A program made the position numbers and the translations under genes. Positions 62,164 through 64,000 of a DNA stretch of 64,000 nt are shown piece by piece (position 1 is the first letter of the stretch; every line of letters starts with the position of its first letter). Source of the DNA: Chitinophagales bacterium (lineage in GTDB: Bacteria; Bacteroidota; Bacteroidia; Chitinophagales; CAIOSU01); the NCBI GenBank assembly GCA_018401955.1, contig JAGYJT010000006.1, positions 10,351 to 74,350 of the forward strand. The letters are read 5' to 3'. The notes beneath the pieces were generated by a model. It saw nothing but the letters and a program-made list of their open reading frames with translations. It was not told the origin of the DNA and ran no database searches.

Positions 62164-63141
62164 ATGAAAGTGAAAGATTGGATTATTGATACTTTTAACA
62201 TCTTTAAAGAGGCTGGCATTAGGTGGGTTAAAGACGATGCCTTTGAAATGAGCGCTGCCATTGCCTACTATGCCATATTTTCTATTCCTGCATTGTTGGT
62301 AATTGTTATTACCATAGCTGGCTGGTTTTTTGGTGAGGATGCAATTACTGGCAAGGTGGCTGCCGAACTGCAGGGTGTTGTAGGTGCCGAGGCCGCTAAA
62401 ACAGTTGAAAATGCAATAGCAACCTCCAGCCAGTTTGATGGTAAATGGTATGCCGTTATCATTAGTATTGGTACTTTGTTGTTTGGTGCCACAGGAGTGT
62501 TTTTCCAGTTGCAAAAATCATTGAACAAGGTTTGGAGCCTAGAGCCAAGGCCAAAACAGGCCTTGGTAAAAATGCTGCTGGATAGGGCCACAGGCTTAGG
62601 CGTTATCCTTATTATAGGTTTTTTATTATTGGTATCACTGGTTCTTACATCATTGCTATCAGCCCTAAGCGATTGGATGATGGGTTTTTTGCCAGAGTTT
62701 ATGACGGTATTGTTCATGGTACTCGATTTTGGCCTGTCGTTCGTGGTAATAACCGTATTGTTTGCCTTAATATTTAAACTATTGCCCGATGCGGAGATTC
62801 AATGGCGAACGGTTTGGACCGGTGCGGGGCTTACCACATTGCTGTTTTTGATAGGTAAGTTCTTATTGGGTCTTTACTTTGGCTTTGTTGATCCCTCATC
62901 GGCCTATGGTGCGGCGGGGTCGGTAGTGTTATTATTGCTTTGGATAAACTACTCATGCCTGATTGTGATATACGGTGCCGAGTTTACAGAGGTATATTCG
63001 CGCCACCGAGGCGATGGCATTAAGCCTTCGCAACATGCCGTGTTTGTTACCAAAGTAGTAAAGGAGACCAGCAGCCACGCTGAATCTGCGGATAGCAAAG
63101 ATGCCGAACCCGAGATTGATGCTGAGTGTAAGCCTGATTGA
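62164..63141 (+). CDS. YihY/BrkB family membrane protein
   Basis: SAAIAYYAIFS, GATGVF, YGAAGS, YGAEF. Confidence 0.92.
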   Translation: MKVKDWIIDTFNIFKEAGIRWVKDDAFEMSAAIAYYAIFSIPALLVIVITIAGWFFGEDAITGKVAAELQGVVGAEAAKTVENAIATSSQFDGKWYAVIISIGTLLFGATGVFFQLQKSLNKVWSLEPRPKQALVKMLLDRATGLGVILIIGFLLLVSLVLTSLLSALSDWMMGFLPEFMTVLFMVLDFGLSFVVITVLFALIFKLLPDAEIQWRTVWTGAGLTTLLFLIGKFLLGLYFGFVDPSSAYGAAGSVVLLLLWINYSCLIVIYGAEFTEVYSRHRGDGIKPSQHAVFVTKVVKETSSHAESADSKDAEPEIDAECKPD

Positions 63142-63464
63142 GACGGCTTTTGCATAACTTAAAATAATAAACCAATTTTCGCGCTGGATGTGACTTGCAC
63201 TGCAAGATTTACGCGTCGAAATACACCTGTCTAGTCCTTTCTACGGCTATCGCTTAGATCTGACTGACCTTTTCTAGGAGGGAAGTGATATGTAATTAGA
63301 AGGATGACAATTTTAATATTCCCCAATTCTGTTAATTCTGATTCCGACCGAAAATAATTTCCAACAATACCTGTATCTTTTTTGGGTTAATGTATTATAG
63401 CTGGTGAAAAGGGCACAGACGGCTACCTATTGTAAGTCGCAAGCCATTAAACAGCTTGAAAACC

Positions 63465-64000
63465 ATGTTTGCTATGAACATTCCTAGAACCAACTTGTCG
63501 CATACCGCAGCGCCGCCCCCCAGCGAGGCGCAGCTGGTAGCTGCGGCGCAAAAAGACATCAGCCGCTTTGAGCCATTGTACAACCATTACCACGAGCCGG
63601 TAGTGCGTTTTTTGGCGCGTAGGCTTGATGACCAAGACCAGGCCTTTGACCTCGCCTCGCAGGTATTCCTTAAAGCCATGCAAAACCTAGCTAAGTATGA
63701 GCAGCGCGGTTTGCCCTTTGGCTCGTGGTTGTTCCGTATTGCCCGAAACGAACTGTATACCTATTTCAAAAAATCGCCAGAAAGCCGCTCGGTAAACATC
63801 GAAACCCGTGAAATAGGCACTACCATGGCCGACGAGATGGAAGAAAACAGCCTTGAGCCATACATGGATAAAATGATTGAGGCCATTGGCGATTTGCCCG
63901 AAGACGACCTACAAATGATAGAGATGCGCTACTTTGAAAAGCGACCATATAAAGAAATAGGTGAGATATTGGACATGACGGAGAACAATGCGAAGGTGAA
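63465..64000 (+). CDS. ECF sigma-70 factor (3'-truncated; not in ORF track)
   Basis: FEPLYNHY, AFDLASQVFLKA, FGSWLFRIARN, RYFEKRPYKEIGEILDMTENNAKV; start at 63465 or 63474. Confidence 0.92.
   Translation, partial: MFAMNIPRTNLSHTAAPPPSEAQLVAAAQKDISRFEPLYNHYHEPVVRFLARRLDDQDQAFDLASQVFLKAMQNLAKYEQRGLPFGSWLFRIARNELYTYFKKSPESRSVNIETREIGTTMADEMEENSLEPYMDKMIEAIGDLPEDDLQMIEMRYFEKRPYKEIGEILDMTENNAKV

Noticed and set aside
63395-63683. Minus-strand ORFs at the window end
   Set aside because: Shadows of the plus-strand ECF sigma factor.

Overview
Chromosomal segment of a Bacteroidota bacterium, judged from T9SS C-terminal sorting domains, TAnnTTTG -7 promoter boxes and SD-poor starts. About 50 CDS; I saw no rRNA, tRNA, transposase, integrase or canonical CRISPR-cas. 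Housekeeping genes (rfaD, ahpC, pruA, gcdH, ccmE/F, trmH, asmA, phnWX, dnaX, pdhC, peptidases, ECF sigma) are mixed with T9SS cargo and many intergenic palindromic and heptamer repeats. Highlights: (1) an AT-rich 908-aa gene that appears to fuse a PIN nuclease to a DSR2-like sensor body, a candidate new anti-phage protein. It is preceded by an unexplained 5-unit repeat array and divergent from a PIF1 helicase. (2) A sulfur amino-acid cluster (prx-cysM-mec-cysO-moeZ-metY-metX-hom) with two leader peptides missing from the ORF track, each containing Met-Met-poly-Cys and an attenuator geometry, plus a sulfur carrier ending GG-Cys. (3) A tandem trio of divergent membrane paralogs joined by conserved DNA junctions, an A9 slippage site in dnaX, a 32-aa membrane sORF and a ~98-bp MITE-like element. 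Family assignments come from motif recognition and recollection, not database searches.
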